Source: an uncultured bacterium (GTDB lineage Bacteria; Actinomycetota; Coriobacteriia; Coriobacteriales; Coriobacteriaceae). Taken from it: 40,906 bases of DNA. The stretch is taken from positions 1-40,906 of the forward strand of contig CAJMRJ010000001.1 of NCBI GenBank assembly GCA_905215865.1, read 5' to 3'. A model generated the notes under the pieces. The model saw nothing but the letters and a program-made list of their open reading frames with translations. It made no database searches and had not been told where the DNA came from. Positions within the stretch are counted from its first letter, which is position 1; each line of letters opens with the position of its first letter. Positions 26,761 through 36,365 of this stretch are shown here, one piece after another. The position numbers and the translations under genes are program-made.

Positions 26761-26838
26761 TTGAACATCGTTGCGTGTTCGCGCTATCATGCATGATTAC
26801 AATTGGTTAGCCATGGCAAACGGTTAGCCATGGTAAAC
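26761..26838 (+). promoter_or_regulatory. feoAB promoter with two tandem metal-repressor-like boxes
   Basis: TTGAAC-18 bp-TATCAT, then GTTAGCCATGGCAAAC (26806-26821) and GTTAGCCATGGTAAAC (26823-26838). Confidence 0.65.
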
Positions 26839-26879
26839 AAAATGCAACGCCCTGTGGGCGCCGGGGGAGGAACACGGAC

Positions 26880-29240
26880 GTGAGACTCGATACACTCGAG
26901 ATTGGAAAGGACGCCGTTGTCGCATCGGTGGCATCGGACGACCAGGCACTCCGACAGCATATTTTGGACATGGGCCTAACACCGGGCACCGAAGTCACCA
27001 TGATGAAGTACGCCCCTATGGGCGACCCGCTTGAGATTCGCCTGCGTGGCTACGAGTTGACGCTGCGCAAGGACGATGCCGCACGGATTGAGCTCGTGGG
27101 TGTTCACGACACCGATACGGGTCCGCGCGCTAACGCCGCAATCGGCACGACGGAGCACCCGGCACTCGGCGAGGGGACGTATTCGCCCCGTGCGGCAAAA
27201 ACGGCCGTGCCCGAGGGCGCGCCGCTTCATTTTGCCCTCGCCGGCAACCAAAACTGCGGCAAGACCACGCTGTTTAACCAGCTGACGGGCTCCAACCAGC
27301 ATGTCGGTAATTTTCCCGGCGTGACGGTCGACCGCAAGGACGGCGCTATCCGTAACCACCCCGAGGCGAGCGTTACCGACTTGCCCGGTATTTACTCCCT
27401 GTCGCCGTACACGGGCGAGGAGATCGTGAGCCGCCAGTTTATCCTGGATGAGCATCCCGATGCCATCATCGACATCATCGACGCTACCAACATCGAGCGT
27501 AACCTGTACCTGACGCTGCAGCTTATGGAGCTCGACCGCCCCATGGTCATCGCGCTCAACATGATGGACGAGGTGACGGCCAACGGTGGCGCCGTGGACG
27601 TCAACCTGCTCGAGAGTCTGCTGGGCGTGCCGGTCGTTCCCATTAGCGCCGCACGCAACGAGGGTATCGGCGAGCTGGTGGACCATGCCCTGCATGTGGC
27701 GCGTTTCCGCGAGCGTCCCGGCCGCCTGGACTTCTGCGCACCCGATGGCCCAGACGGCGGTGCACTGCATCGCTGCATCCACGGCATCGCCAACCTTATC
27801 GAGGACCATGCCGCGACGGCGCACATTCCCGTGCGTTTTGCGGCGACCAAGCTAGTTGAGGGCGACGAGCTGGTAACCGAGGCGCTTCACCTGGACCGTA
27901 ACGAGCTCGACGCCATCGAGCACATCATTACCCAGATGGAGGGCGAGGCCGGCACCGACCGCCTTTCCGCGCTGGCCGATATGCGCTTTAGCTTTATCGG
28001 CGACGTGTGTGGGCGCTGTGTCGTCAAGCCGCACGAGAGCCGCGAGCACGTGCGCTCCGTCAAGATCGACCGCATTCTGACGGGTCGCTATACGGCCATT
28101 CCGGCGTTTCTGCTGATCATGGGTCTCGTCTTTTGGCTGACGTTTGGCGTGATCGGCGCGGCGTTGCAGGGACTCATGGAGGACGGCATCGCTGCCATCA
28201 TCGCCTCGGCCGATGCGGGCCTCAAGGCGTTCGGCACCAACGACGTGGTGCGCTCGCTGGCCGTTGACGGTGTGCTTACGGGTGTGGGCAGCGTGCTGAC
28301 CTTCCTGCCGATTATCGTCGTGCTCTTTTTGTTCCTCTCCATTCTGGAAGACTCCGGATACATGGCGCGCGTGGCCTTTGTCATGGATAAGGTACTTCGT
28401 CGCTTTGGCCTGTCGGGCCGCAGCTTTGTGCCCATGCTCGTCGGTTTTGGCTGCACCGTGCCGGCTATCATGTCGACCCGTACGCTCCCATCCGAGCACG
28501 ACCGCAAGATGACGGTCATGCTCACGCCGTTCATGAGCTGCTCGGCCAAGTTGCCGGTCTACGGCCTGCTGTGCGGGGCGTTTTTCCCGCAGGCGACGGT
28601 CCCTGCCATGGTCTCGCTCTATTTGATTGGCATTGCGGTCGGTTGCATCGCGGCTTTGGTGCTCAACCGCACGGCATTTAAGGGCGACCCGGTGCCGTTT
28701 ATCATGGAGCTCCCCAATTACCGCCTGCCGAGGGTCAAGACGACAGTGATGCTGGCATGGGATAAAGCCAAGGATTTTATTACCAAGGCCTTTACCATTA
28801 TCTTTGCCGCTACCGTGGTCATCTGGTTCCTTCAGACGTTCGATATCCGCTTTAATGTGGTCGCCGATCAGTCGCAAAGCCTGCTTGCGGGCCTCGGCAG
28901 CATCATTGCGCCGGCGCTGGCGCCGCTTGGGTTTGGCGACTGGCGTGCATCCACGGCGCTCGTTACCGGACTTATCGCCAAGGAGAGTGTTATCTCGACC
29001 CTCACGGTGCTTTTGGGTGCAACCTCGCCCGCGGCACTGTCGACCATGTTTTCGCCGTTTACCGCCTACGTGTTCCTGGTCTTTACACTGCTGTACCCGC
29101 CTTGCGTGGCGGCCATCGGCGCCGTCAGGAGCGAGTTGGGCGCGCGCTATGCCGTTGCCGTGTTCGCGTTTCAAGTGACGGTCGCCTGGATCGTGGCGTT
29201 TGTCGTGCATTCGGCGGGCATATTGCTGGGGCTGGCTTAG
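26880..29240 (+). CDS. feoB: Ferrous iron transporter FeoB with fused N-terminal FeoA domain
   Basis: MGLTPGT..APMGDP..LRGYELTLR (FeoA); GNQNCGKTT, NFPGVTV, DLPG and NMMD G-motifs; GFGC.VP and PFMSCSAK gates. Confidence 0.95.
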   Translation: MRLDTLEIGKDAVVASVASDDQALRQHILDMGLTPGTEVTMMKYAPMGDPLEIRLRGYELTLRKDDAARIELVGVHDTDTGPRANAAIGTTEHPALGEGTYSPRAAKTAVPEGAPLHFALAGNQNCGKTTLFNQLTGSNQHVGNFPGVTVDRKDGAIRNHPEASVTDLPGIYSLSPYTGEEIVSRQFILDEHPDAIIDIIDATNIERNLYLTLQLMELDRPMVIALNMMDEVTANGGAVDVNLLESLLGVPVVPISAARNEGIGELVDHALHVARFRERPGRLDFCAPDGPDGGALHRCIHGIANLIEDHAATAHIPVRFAATKLVEGDELVTEALHLDRNELDAIEHIITQMEGEAGTDRLSALADMRFSFIGDVCGRCVVKPHESREHVRSVKIDRILTGRYTAIPAFLLIMGLVFWLTFGVIGAALQGLMEDGIAAIIASADAGLKAFGTNDVVRSLAVDGVLTGVGSVLTFLPIIVVLFLFLSILEDSGYMARVAFVMDKVLRRFGLSGRSFVPMLVGFGCTVPAIMSTRTLPSEHDRKMTVMLTPFMSCSAKLPVYGLLCGAFFPQATVPAMVSLYLIGIAVGCIAALVLNRTAFKGDPVPFIMELPNYRLPRVKTTVMLAWDKAKDFITKAFTIIFAATVVIWFLQTFDIRFNVVADQSQSLLAGLGSIIAPALAPLGFGDWRASTALVTGLIAKESVISTLTVLLGATSPAALSTMFSPFTAYVFLVFTLLYPPCVAAIGAVRSELGARYAVAVFAFQVTVAWIVAFVVHSAGILLGLA

Positions 29241-29360
29241 TTATGTATTGACGGCGCAACCTCTGTGTATCGAATTGTTTCGGTCCCATGTCCGTTACTG
29301 ACGGATGCGGGACCGTTGCTATATAATCGCCTCCGCTCAAAATGATTGGAGATGTTATAT

Positions 29361-30557
29361 ATGAGTCAGGCAAGGCAAGACGGCATCACGCTCAAGCAGT
29401 GGCTCCCGCTTATCGGGCTCACCTGCTGCGCATTCGTGTTCAACACGTCGGAGTTCATGCCCATCGGCCTGCTGACCGACATCGCTGCATCGTTTTCGCT
29501 CACCGAGGCCCAGGCGGGCATCATGATCTCGGTCTATGCCTGGGGCGTCATGCTGCTGTCGCTGCCGCTTATGGTGTTTGCCTCGCGCTTTGAGTTCAAG
29601 CGGATGTTGCTGGGCGTGCTGGCCGTGTTTTCGTTGGGCCAGTTTCTGTCCGCTGTGGCGCCGACCTATCCCATCCTGGTCTGCGCGCGCCTGGTGGTCG
29701 CTTGCGCACATGCCGTGTTCTGGTCAGTCGCCTCGATCATGGCGTCGCGCCTGGTTGACACACGCCATGGGGCGCTCGCCATCAGCATGATCGCTACGGG
29801 CTCGTCCATCGCGCAGATCTTTGGCCTGCCGCTCGGCCGCGCCATTGGCTTGGCCGTGGGCTGGCGCATGACGTTTGCCGTGGTCGGGGGCCTCTCAGCC
29901 ATCGCGGCCGTCTACCAGGCAGCGGTGTTCCCGGCCATGCCGGCGGGGGAGCGCTTTACCGTCCAACAGCTGCCCGAGCTGCTCAAGAACCCGCTCCTCA
30001 TCGCGCTCTACGCAGTCACGGTCTTCATGGCGACCGGCTATTACGCAAGCTACAGCTATATCGAGCCTTTCCTGGCTCAGGTCGCCCATGTCGACGCAAG
30101 CGCTATCACCATGACGCTGACGGCGTTCGGCTGCTCCGGTCTGCTCGGAAGCTGGCTGTTCGGCCGCCTGTTCGATGGGCATCGCTTCCCGTTCTTGGCT
30201 ATCACGCTCTCCGGCGTGCCGGTGGCCCTGCTGCTCATGGGGCCGGCCGCATCGTCGCTCGTGACAGTGCTTGCCGTCTGCGCACTGTGGGGTTGCTGCG
30301 CCACGGCCTTTAACGTGGCGTTTCAGGCCGAGCTCATCAAGCACACGCCGGCAGATTCGTCGGCCGTCGCCATGTCGATCTTCTCGGGCCTGTTCAACCT
30401 CGGTATCGGCACGGGTACCGCGATCGGCGGAGCCGTGGTTTCGGGCCCCGGTATCGCCTGGATCGGCTGCGCGGGCGGTGCGATCGCTGCCGTGGGCGTC
30501 ATCCTTGCCATCACGGTGATGTTCCCGGCCATCCGTCGCGCAAAGCCTATCGCCTAA
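29361..30557 (+). CDS. MFS transporter (SotB/arabinose-efflux-like)
   Basis: FVFNTSEFMPIGLL, G.PLG...GWR.TF, YSYIEPFL and FNLGIG.G motifs; many hydrophobic segments. Confidence 0.85.
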   Translation: MSQARQDGITLKQWLPLIGLTCCAFVFNTSEFMPIGLLTDIAASFSLTEAQAGIMISVYAWGVMLLSLPLMVFASRFEFKRMLLGVLAVFSLGQFLSAVAPTYPILVCARLVVACAHAVFWSVASIMASRLVDTRHGALAISMIATGSSIAQIFGLPLGRAIGLAVGWRMTFAVVGGLSAIAAVYQAAVFPAMPAGERFTVQQLPELLKNPLLIALYAVTVFMATGYYASYSYIEPFLAQVAHVDASAITMTLTAFGCSGLLGSWLFGRLFDGHRFPFLAITLSGVPVALLLMGPAASSLVTVLAVCALWGCCATAFNVAFQAELIKHTPADSSAVAMSIFSGLFNLGIGTGTAIGGAVVSGPGIAWIGCAGGAIAAVGVILAITVMFPAIRRAKPIA

Positions 30558-30574
30558 TCACGTTCCCTCATCAG

Positions 30575-30637
30575 TTGCGGTGGAATAGTTCCTGTTTAAG
30601 GCTTCTGAAGGCCCAAGCAGGAACTATTCCACCGCAA
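30575..30637. repeat. 63-bp palindromic repeat, family A, copy 3
   Basis: 22-bp perfect arms AGTTGCGGTGGAATAGTTCCTG / CAGGAACTATTCCACCGCAACT (30573-30639). Confidence 0.88.
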
Positions 30638-30710
30638 CTTATTTTGGGGAAGAGGATACAAGCCGGGCATACAATGGATGTCGTTGTGTTGAGCTTACCG
30701 GGAGGTTGCT

Positions 30711-32087
30711 ATGTGGGCATACGAGACGGCGTTCTATCAGATCTATCCGCTGGGCTTTTGCGGAGCTCCGCGCGAAAACGCCGCCCCCGTTGCCGAGGAT
30801 GAGCTCGCCCAAGCTGCCGGCACTGCACCCAACCCCGATGCCCCCATCATGAAAATCGCCCAATGGGCCGATTACCTGCAAGAGCTCGGCATCGGCGCTG
30901 CGCTCATCAATCCGCCGCTCGAGTCTGATAGCCACGGTTACGACACGCGCAGCCTGCGCCATATTGACCGCCGCCTGGGTGGGGATGCCGACTTTGCCGC
31001 CGTGTGTGAGACGCTGCATGCCCACGGCATCCGTGTGGTGCTCGATGCCGTCTTCAACCACGTCGGTCGCGGCTTTTGGGCCTTCCGCGATGTGCAGGAG
31101 CGCAAGTGGGACTCGCCCTACAAGGACTGGTTCCACATCAGCTTCGACGGTGACTCGTGCTTCGGCGACGGCTTTTGGTACGAGGGCTGGGAGGGCCATT
31201 TTGAGCTTGTGAAGCTCAACCTGCAAAATCCCGCCGTGGTCGATTACCTGCTCGAGTCCGTGCGTCGCTGGACCGAAGTCTTTGGCGTCGACGGTCTGCG
31301 CTTGGACGTCGCCTACATGCTCGACCGCGATTTCATGCGTCGTCTGCATAGCTTTGCCCGTGAGCTCAAACCCGATTTCGTACTGATCGGCGAGACGCTC
31401 CACGGCGACTACAACCAGATCGTCAACGACGAGATGCTCGACTCCTGCACCAACTACGAGTGCTACAAGGGCCTGTACTCCAGCTTTAACTCGGTCAACA
31501 TGTTCGAGATCGCCCATTCGTTGCACCGCCAGTTTGGCGGCGACCCGTGGTGCATCTACCGCGGCAAACACCTGCTGTCGTTTGTTGACAACCACGATGT
31601 GCCGCGCCTGGCGAGCATCCTGACGGACAAGTCCTGCCTGCGCCCCGCCTACGGCATGCTCTTTGGCATGCCGGGCATTCCGTGCGTCTACTACGGTAGC
31701 GAGTGGGGGATTGCCGGCGAAAAGGGCGGCTCCGATGGTGATTGGGCACTACGTCCTGCGCTCGATGAGCCTGCGCCCAGCGAGCTGACGGCCTTCATCA
31801 AGCAGCTTGCGCACCTACGCTCGGCAAACGACGCGGCGGCTCGCGCCCTCAACTATGGTGCCTATCGCAACGTGGTGATCCAGAACAAGCAGCTGCTGTT
31901 CGAGCGCGTCTGCGACGACGCGACGGTGCTCGTGGCGGTAAATGCCGTGAACGAGCCCTATACCTTTGGAGCCGGCGAACTCAACGGCTCCTTCGTCGAC
32001 CTGCTTGCCGACGGTGCGCCCACGGTCGAGCTGTCGGGCTCCCTTGAACTCGCGCCCTATGAGGTGCGTTATCTGTTGAGGGCCTAG
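30711..32087 (+). CDS. GH13 alpha-amylase/neopullulanase-family hydrolase
   Basis: HGYD, DAVFNH, DGLRLDVA, GE and FVDNHD catalytic regions; no signal peptide. Confidence 0.9.
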   Translation: MWAYETAFYQIYPLGFCGAPRENAAPVAEDELAQAAGTAPNPDAPIMKIAQWADYLQELGIGAALINPPLESDSHGYDTRSLRHIDRRLGGDADFAAVCETLHAHGIRVVLDAVFNHVGRGFWAFRDVQERKWDSPYKDWFHISFDGDSCFGDGFWYEGWEGHFELVKLNLQNPAVVDYLLESVRRWTEVFGVDGLRLDVAYMLDRDFMRRLHSFARELKPDFVLIGETLHGDYNQIVNDEMLDSCTNYECYKGLYSSFNSVNMFEIAHSLHRQFGGDPWCIYRGKHLLSFVDNHDVPRLASILTDKSCLRPAYGMLFGMPGIPCVYYGSEWGIAGEKGGSDGDWALRPALDEPAPSELTAFIKQLAHLRSANDAAARALNYGAYRNVVIQNKQLLFERVCDDATVLVAVNAVNEPYTFGAGELNGSFVDLLADGAPTVELSGSLELAPYEVRYLLRA

Positions 32088-32090
32088 CTC

Positions 32091-32654
32091 GTGGCTGCGT
32101 CCGACGAGGGCTATCAGCATATTGAGCATGGGTTTGAGCCCGTGTTTGACGAGCGCTCGCGCGTTTTGGTGCTGGGGTCGTTTCCCTCGGTGCTCTCGCG
32201 TGCCAATGCCTTCTACTATGGCAATCCGCAGAACCGCTTTTGGCGCGTGATGGCCGCGTGCCTCGGTGCGCTCGTGCCGCCCAACGAGGGAGACTCTTTG
32301 GCGAGCGGCGAGCCCGCGACGCTCGATGCCTCGATTGCCGCCAAGCGGGCTATGCTGCTCAACGGCGGTGTGGCCCTGTGGGATGTGATCGAGAGCTGCG
32401 ACATCAAGGGTTCGAGTGACGCCAGCATCAAAAACGTCGTTCCGGCGCATGTCGAGCGCATTGCCGGCGCAGCTCCCATTGAGCAGGTGATATGCAACGG
32501 TGGTGCAGCTGGCCGGCTCTACAAGCGCTATCTACAAGAACGCACCGGGCTGCCGGCCATCGTTCTGCCGTCGACAAGTCCCGCCAATGCGGCGTGGCGC
32601 CTGGAACGCCTCGTCGAGCGCTGGCGCGAGGCCGTTGACTGGGGTGCTCTGTAA
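32091..32654 (+). CDS. DNA-deoxyinosine (hypoxanthine) glycosylase, UDG superfamily
   Basis: LGSFPSV.S, YYGNPQNRFW, LWDVI..C...GSSDASI and LPSTSPANA. Confidence 0.85.
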   Translation: MAASDEGYQHIEHGFEPVFDERSRVLVLGSFPSVLSRANAFYYGNPQNRFWRVMAACLGALVPPNEGDSLASGEPATLDASIAAKRAMLLNGGVALWDVIESCDIKGSSDASIKNVVPAHVERIAGAAPIEQVICNGGAAGRLYKRYLQERTGLPAIVLPSTSPANAAWRLERLVERWREAVDWGAL

Positions 32655-32655
32655 T

Positions 32656-33315
32656 TTAGATATCTGATTGGGCGCGAGTGCCGAGGCATTTCATGATGGC
32701 ATGCCAGACCGGTGCGGGCAGCGCGGGTTTGGCGCGCACCATGCCGCCGGCATCGACGCTTTCGGCATTGCCGCCGCCAAGTCGCTGCGCATGCTCAACC
32801 GAGCAACCCATGCGCACGGCACCTACGAGCTTGTCCAGGGCCTCCGAAAACGGCCGGCGCAAGAGGCCCATACGCGGGGAATGGCGAAGCGCTGCGATGC
32901 CGCTGCCAGCACAGATGACAACGCCGTCGCACCATGGCAGGTCACGTAGAATACATGCCCGGTATAGGCGGTCGAGGACTTCGTCCGCCTGCTTGGCGTT
33001 TTTGGACAGGGCCTGGACGACGACATAGACGCGTGTCTCTGTATTTCCAAGGCGATCGAGTATCTGCTCGACAGCGATCATAGCCTCATCGTCAAATGCA
33101 TCATCAACAGCGAGCACCATGCCATCGACTGCACCGGTGTCATCCGCCTCCAAATCAACCGGGCGGGGGAGCGCGGTGCCAGAAAGCTGAGCATAGGCAG
33201 CGATGGCATCCTGCAGGTCCCAGAGCAAAAACTCAAGATCGGCGCTATTGGGAATGCTGATATACGCAATGGTTTGCAACGTTTTTGGTACATCGCCGCG
33301 TGCGGTCGTCTCCAT
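32656..33315 (-). CDS. Hypothetical protein, possibly a degenerate flavodoxin-like fold
   Basis: ORF with GGAGG RBS filling the gap between flanking genes; fold guess is weak. Confidence 0.55.
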   Translation of the reverse strand: METTARGDVPKTLQTIAYISIPNSADLEFLLWDLQDAIAAYAQLSGTALPRPVDLEADDTGAVDGMVLAVDDAFDDEAMIAVEQILDRLGNTETRVYVVVQALSKNAKQADEVLDRLYRACILRDLPWCDGVVICAGSGIAALRHSPRMGLLRRPFSEALDKLVGAVRMGCSVEHAQRLGGGNAESVDAGGMVRAKPALPAPVWHAIMKCLGTRAQSDI

Positions 33316-33408
33316 GCCACCTCCTTTCCGGTTGGTTTCCGTTTAGGTTACACCGTCTGGTGGCGCTCCGCCGCGCTATCCTAGTGCAACCCTTACGAAA
33401 GGAACGCC

Positions 33409-34545
33409 ATGCGTCTGCCCATGAATACCTCGCTTGCCACGCTCAAGCCCTCCGGCATCCGCCGGATCAACGCACTCGCCGCGCAGCATCCGGGATGCAT
33501 TGCGCTCGCGCTCGGCGAGCCCGATTTTCCCACGCCCGATGTGATTAGCGCTGAGGTGACGGCCTCGCTCAATCGCGGTGACACGCATTATCCGCCCAAC
33601 AACGGTCGCCCTGCCCTGCGCGAGGCGCTGGCTGCCTACATGGGGGATGCGGGCCTTACGTATTCTGCCGACGAGGTCATTCTGACCGACGGCGCGACCG
33701 AGGCCCTGTCGGCAACATTTATGGCCATGCTCAACCCCGGCGACGAGGTCATCATCCCCACGCCGGCCTTTGGCCTGTACGAGAGCATCGTCGTGGCCAA
33801 TCACGCCAAAGCGGTCTTTTTGGATACGGAGCCTGCGCAATTCCAGATTGACGAGGAAGCGCTTCGCGCCTGTGTGACCCCGGCGACCAAGGCCATCGTT
33901 ATCTGCTCGCCCAACAATCCCACGGGCTGCATTCTTAACGCGGCATCGCTCGACGCCGTGGCGCGCGTAGCGGAGCAGGCGGGCATCTACGTGGTCTGCG
34001 ACGACGTATACAACCGCCTAGTCTATGTGGATGGCTACGAGCGCTTTGCCCAGCGCCACCCAGAGCTTCGCGATCAGACAGTAGTTATCGAGAGCTTCTC
34101 CAAACCCTGGGCCATGACCGGCTGGCGCTTGGGCTGGCTCGCAGCCGCAGCCCCCGTCATCGCCGAGATCGCAAAGGCCCACCAATACTTAGTGTCGAGT
34201 GCCGTCTCCTTCGAAATGGACGCCGCAACTCGAGCCCTCACCGTCGACCCCACCCCCATGCTCGAAGTCTACCGAACCCGTCGCGAACGCGTACTCGCAG
34301 CCTTAGACGCCATGGGCCTCGACGTAGTTGAACCGGCGGGAGCCTTCTATGCCTTCCCCAGCATCAAACAGTACGGCCTAACCAGCGAAGACTTCTGCAT
34401 CAAAGCCATCAAAGAGGCAAACGTAGCCCTAGTCCCAGGCGACTGTTTCGGCACCGAAGGCCACGTCCGCTTAAGCTACTGCGTCTCCGACAAAGACCTG
34501 GACGAAGGCCTAAATCGCCTGTCCACCTTCATTTCGACTTTGTAG
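33409..34545 (+). CDS. PLP-dependent aminotransferase class I/II
   Basis: GEPDF, SPNNPTG, DDVY, SFSKPWAMTGWRLG, GAFY and VRLSY. Confidence 0.93.
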   Translation: MRLPMNTSLATLKPSGIRRINALAAQHPGCIALALGEPDFPTPDVISAEVTASLNRGDTHYPPNNGRPALREALAAYMGDAGLTYSADEVILTDGATEALSATFMAMLNPGDEVIIPTPAFGLYESIVVANHAKAVFLDTEPAQFQIDEEALRACVTPATKAIVICSPNNPTGCILNAASLDAVARVAEQAGIYVVCDDVYNRLVYVDGYERFAQRHPELRDQTVVIESFSKPWAMTGWRLGWLAAAAPVIAEIAKAHQYLVSSAVSFEMDAATRALTVDPTPMLEVYRTRRERVLAALDAMGLDVVEPAGAFYAFPSIKQYGLTSEDFCIKAIKEANVALVPGDCFGTEGHVRLSYCVSDKDLDEGLNRLSTFISTL

Positions 34546-34595
34546 TCCTCAGGGATGCAACACATCAGCCCACCGACATAAGGGTTATGCGTGGG

Positions 34596-34817
34596 GGCGT
34601 CAGCCAACGAAAACCCGGGCTGCCCCATAGTTGACGCAGGCCGCGCCGCCGAAGGCCAGGCGCAAGGTTTTCGTAGATTCCGCACGAGCCGAAGAGCACT
34701 TAATGTGCTCTTCGTGCGAGCCAGGACTTGACCGAGCGAAAACCTTGCGCCTGGCCTTCGGCGGCGCGTGCCGGATGGTGGAATTGTGTGCAGCCCGGTT
34801 TTCCGTTGACCGACGCC
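34596..34817. repeat. ~220-bp nested palindromic element
   Basis: Outer arms 34596-34623/34790-34817 (24 of 28 complementary), perfect 32-bp arms 34642-34673/34737-34768, and central CGAAGAGCAC-TTAAT-GTGCTCTTCG. Confidence 0.9.
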
Positions 34818-34834
34818 GGGGTCCCCGCCATAAT
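34806..34834 (+). promoter_or_regulatory. Promoter of the rplJL operon
   Basis: TTGACC-17 bp-CATAAT just upstream of the L10 leader. Confidence 0.7.
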
Positions 34835-34857
34835 ACTTTCGGTTCACGCACGAATCC

Positions 34858-34985
34858 GCTGCCAGAGACAGCCGGCGCAAACGGGCATCGCCCGCGAGCT
34901 TAATGGGATATCCCGCCAGCCGAGGTGGTCGAGTAGATATGTCTTCTCGCCCCCGTCGCTCATGCAGCGCGGGGGCTTTCTTTTT
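34858..34985 (+). ncRNA. Ribosomal protein L10 leader with attenuator
   Basis: GAGACAGCCGG...TTAAT...CCAGCCGAGG core, followed by a GCCCCCG...CGGGGGC-TTTCTTTTT terminator, upstream of rplJ. Confidence 0.8.
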
Positions 34986-35050
34986 GGACATGCCCCCGTC
35001 ACGTCCTTGTGGCGGACCGTGCCCGGAAAGAATTCGAGGAGGTGTAATTC

Positions 35051-35572
35051 ATGCCCCAGCAGTACAAAATCGACAAGGTTGCAGAGATCGAGTCCCGTAT
35101 CGCCGAGAACGCCGGTCTGTTCGTCGTCAACTACAACGGTCTGACGGTTAAGCAGGCTCAGGAGCTGCGTCATCAGCTTCGCGAGTGTGGCGCCGAGATG
35201 AAGGTCTACAAGAACAACCTGGTCAAGATCGCTCTCAAGAACCAGGAGCAGCCCGAGCTCGACGAGATCCTCGCCGGCCCCGTCGCTTATGTGTTCTACG
35301 AGACCGAGCCGGTCGAGGCCGCTAAGACCCTTAAGGACTTCTCCGCTAAGTCCAAGGGTGTCCTTGAGATCAAGGGCGGTATCTCCGACGGCAAGGCCGT
35401 TTCCGCTGATGATGTTAAGGCTATCGCCGAGCTGCCCACCAAGGATCAGCTTCTCGGCCAGATCGCCGGTCTCATCTCCGGTTTCGCTCGCGACATCGCT
35501 GTCTGCGTTAACGGCGTTTCCTCTGGTCTCGCTCGTTCGATCCAGCAGGTCTCCGAGCAGAAGGCAGCCTAG
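35051..35572 (+). CDS. rplJ: 50S ribosomal protein L10
   Basis: NYNGLTV...LR..LR, KVYKNNL and IAELPTK motifs. Confidence 0.96.
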   Translation: MPQQYKIDKVAEIESRIAENAGLFVVNYNGLTVKQAQELRHQLRECGAEMKVYKNNLVKIALKNQEQPELDEILAGPVAYVFYETEPVEAAKTLKDFSAKSKGVLEIKGGISDGKAVSADDVKAIAELPTKDQLLGQIAGLISGFARDIAVCVNGVSSGLARSIQQVSEQKAA

Positions 35573-35674
35573 TCGCTGTTTTCACCCGCGGCGGCAACGC
35601 CGCACCCCTGGCGCATTCGCGTCGTGTTTTAACTGATCTCCGTGCATCCGCACGGAAACCGAAAGGACTTAGAA

Positions 35675-36052
35675 ATGGCTAAGCTTACCACCGATGAGAT
35701 CATCGATGCTCTTAAGGAAATGACCCTTCTCGAGGCTTCCGAGCTCGTCAAGGCTATCGAGGACACCTTTGGCGTTTCCGCCGCTGCTCCTGCCGCTGTT
35801 GTCGCCGCTCCCGCTGCTGGCGCTGCTGAGGCCGAGGAGAAGACCGAGTTTGACGTCGTGCTCGAGGGCTTCGGCGACAACAAGATCCAGGTCATCAAGG
35901 CCGTCCGTGAGCTCACCAACCTTGGCCTGAAGGAGGCCAAGGAGGTCGTCGAGGGCGCTCCCAAGGCTGTTCTCGAGGGTGCCAAGAAGGAGGACGCCGA
36001 GGCTGCCAAGGAGAAGCTCGAGGCTGCTGGCGCTGCTGTCACCCTCAAGTAA
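35675..36052 (+). CDS. rplL: 50S ribosomal protein L7/L12
   Basis: [28 protein letters not shown] and LGLKEAK; ATG at 35675. Confidence 0.97.
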   Translation: MAKLTTDEIIDALKEMTLLEASELVKAIEDTFGVSAAAPAAVVAAPAAGAAEAEEKTEFDVVLEGFGDNKIQVIKAVRELTNLGLKEAKEVVEGAPKAVLEGAKKEDAEAAKEKLEAAGAAVTLK

Positions 36053-36079
36053 TCAGGCTCTCTCGCCAGATTTCTTTGC

Positions 36080-36113
36080 AGACGGGGTTCGCATTGCGAG
36101 CCCCGTCTTTTTT
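36080..36113 (+). terminator. Intrinsic terminator of rplJL
   Basis: AGACGGGGTTCGC-ATT-GCGAGCCCCGTCT followed by a T run. Confidence 0.85.
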
Positions 36114-36365
36114 GTTTTGGCCCCTCATTCCCATTGCTCGGCACGCAGAACACCGTTGTCTTCGCCGTGCCAATCCCGTTACCGCTGGGGCGTAAAATTG
36201 CACCATTCGAGCAATAATTTGCGTTGACCTGCTGAAGAATTGCGTTTGCCTTACGGCGACGTATGTCTCCGGCGGTAAGATACTTCAGTATCGCAATTTG
36301 GTCTGCGGCCGTCGTGCCGCACGCACAGGGCGCATTCTGCGCCTGCGAAAGGATCCTTGAATAAC

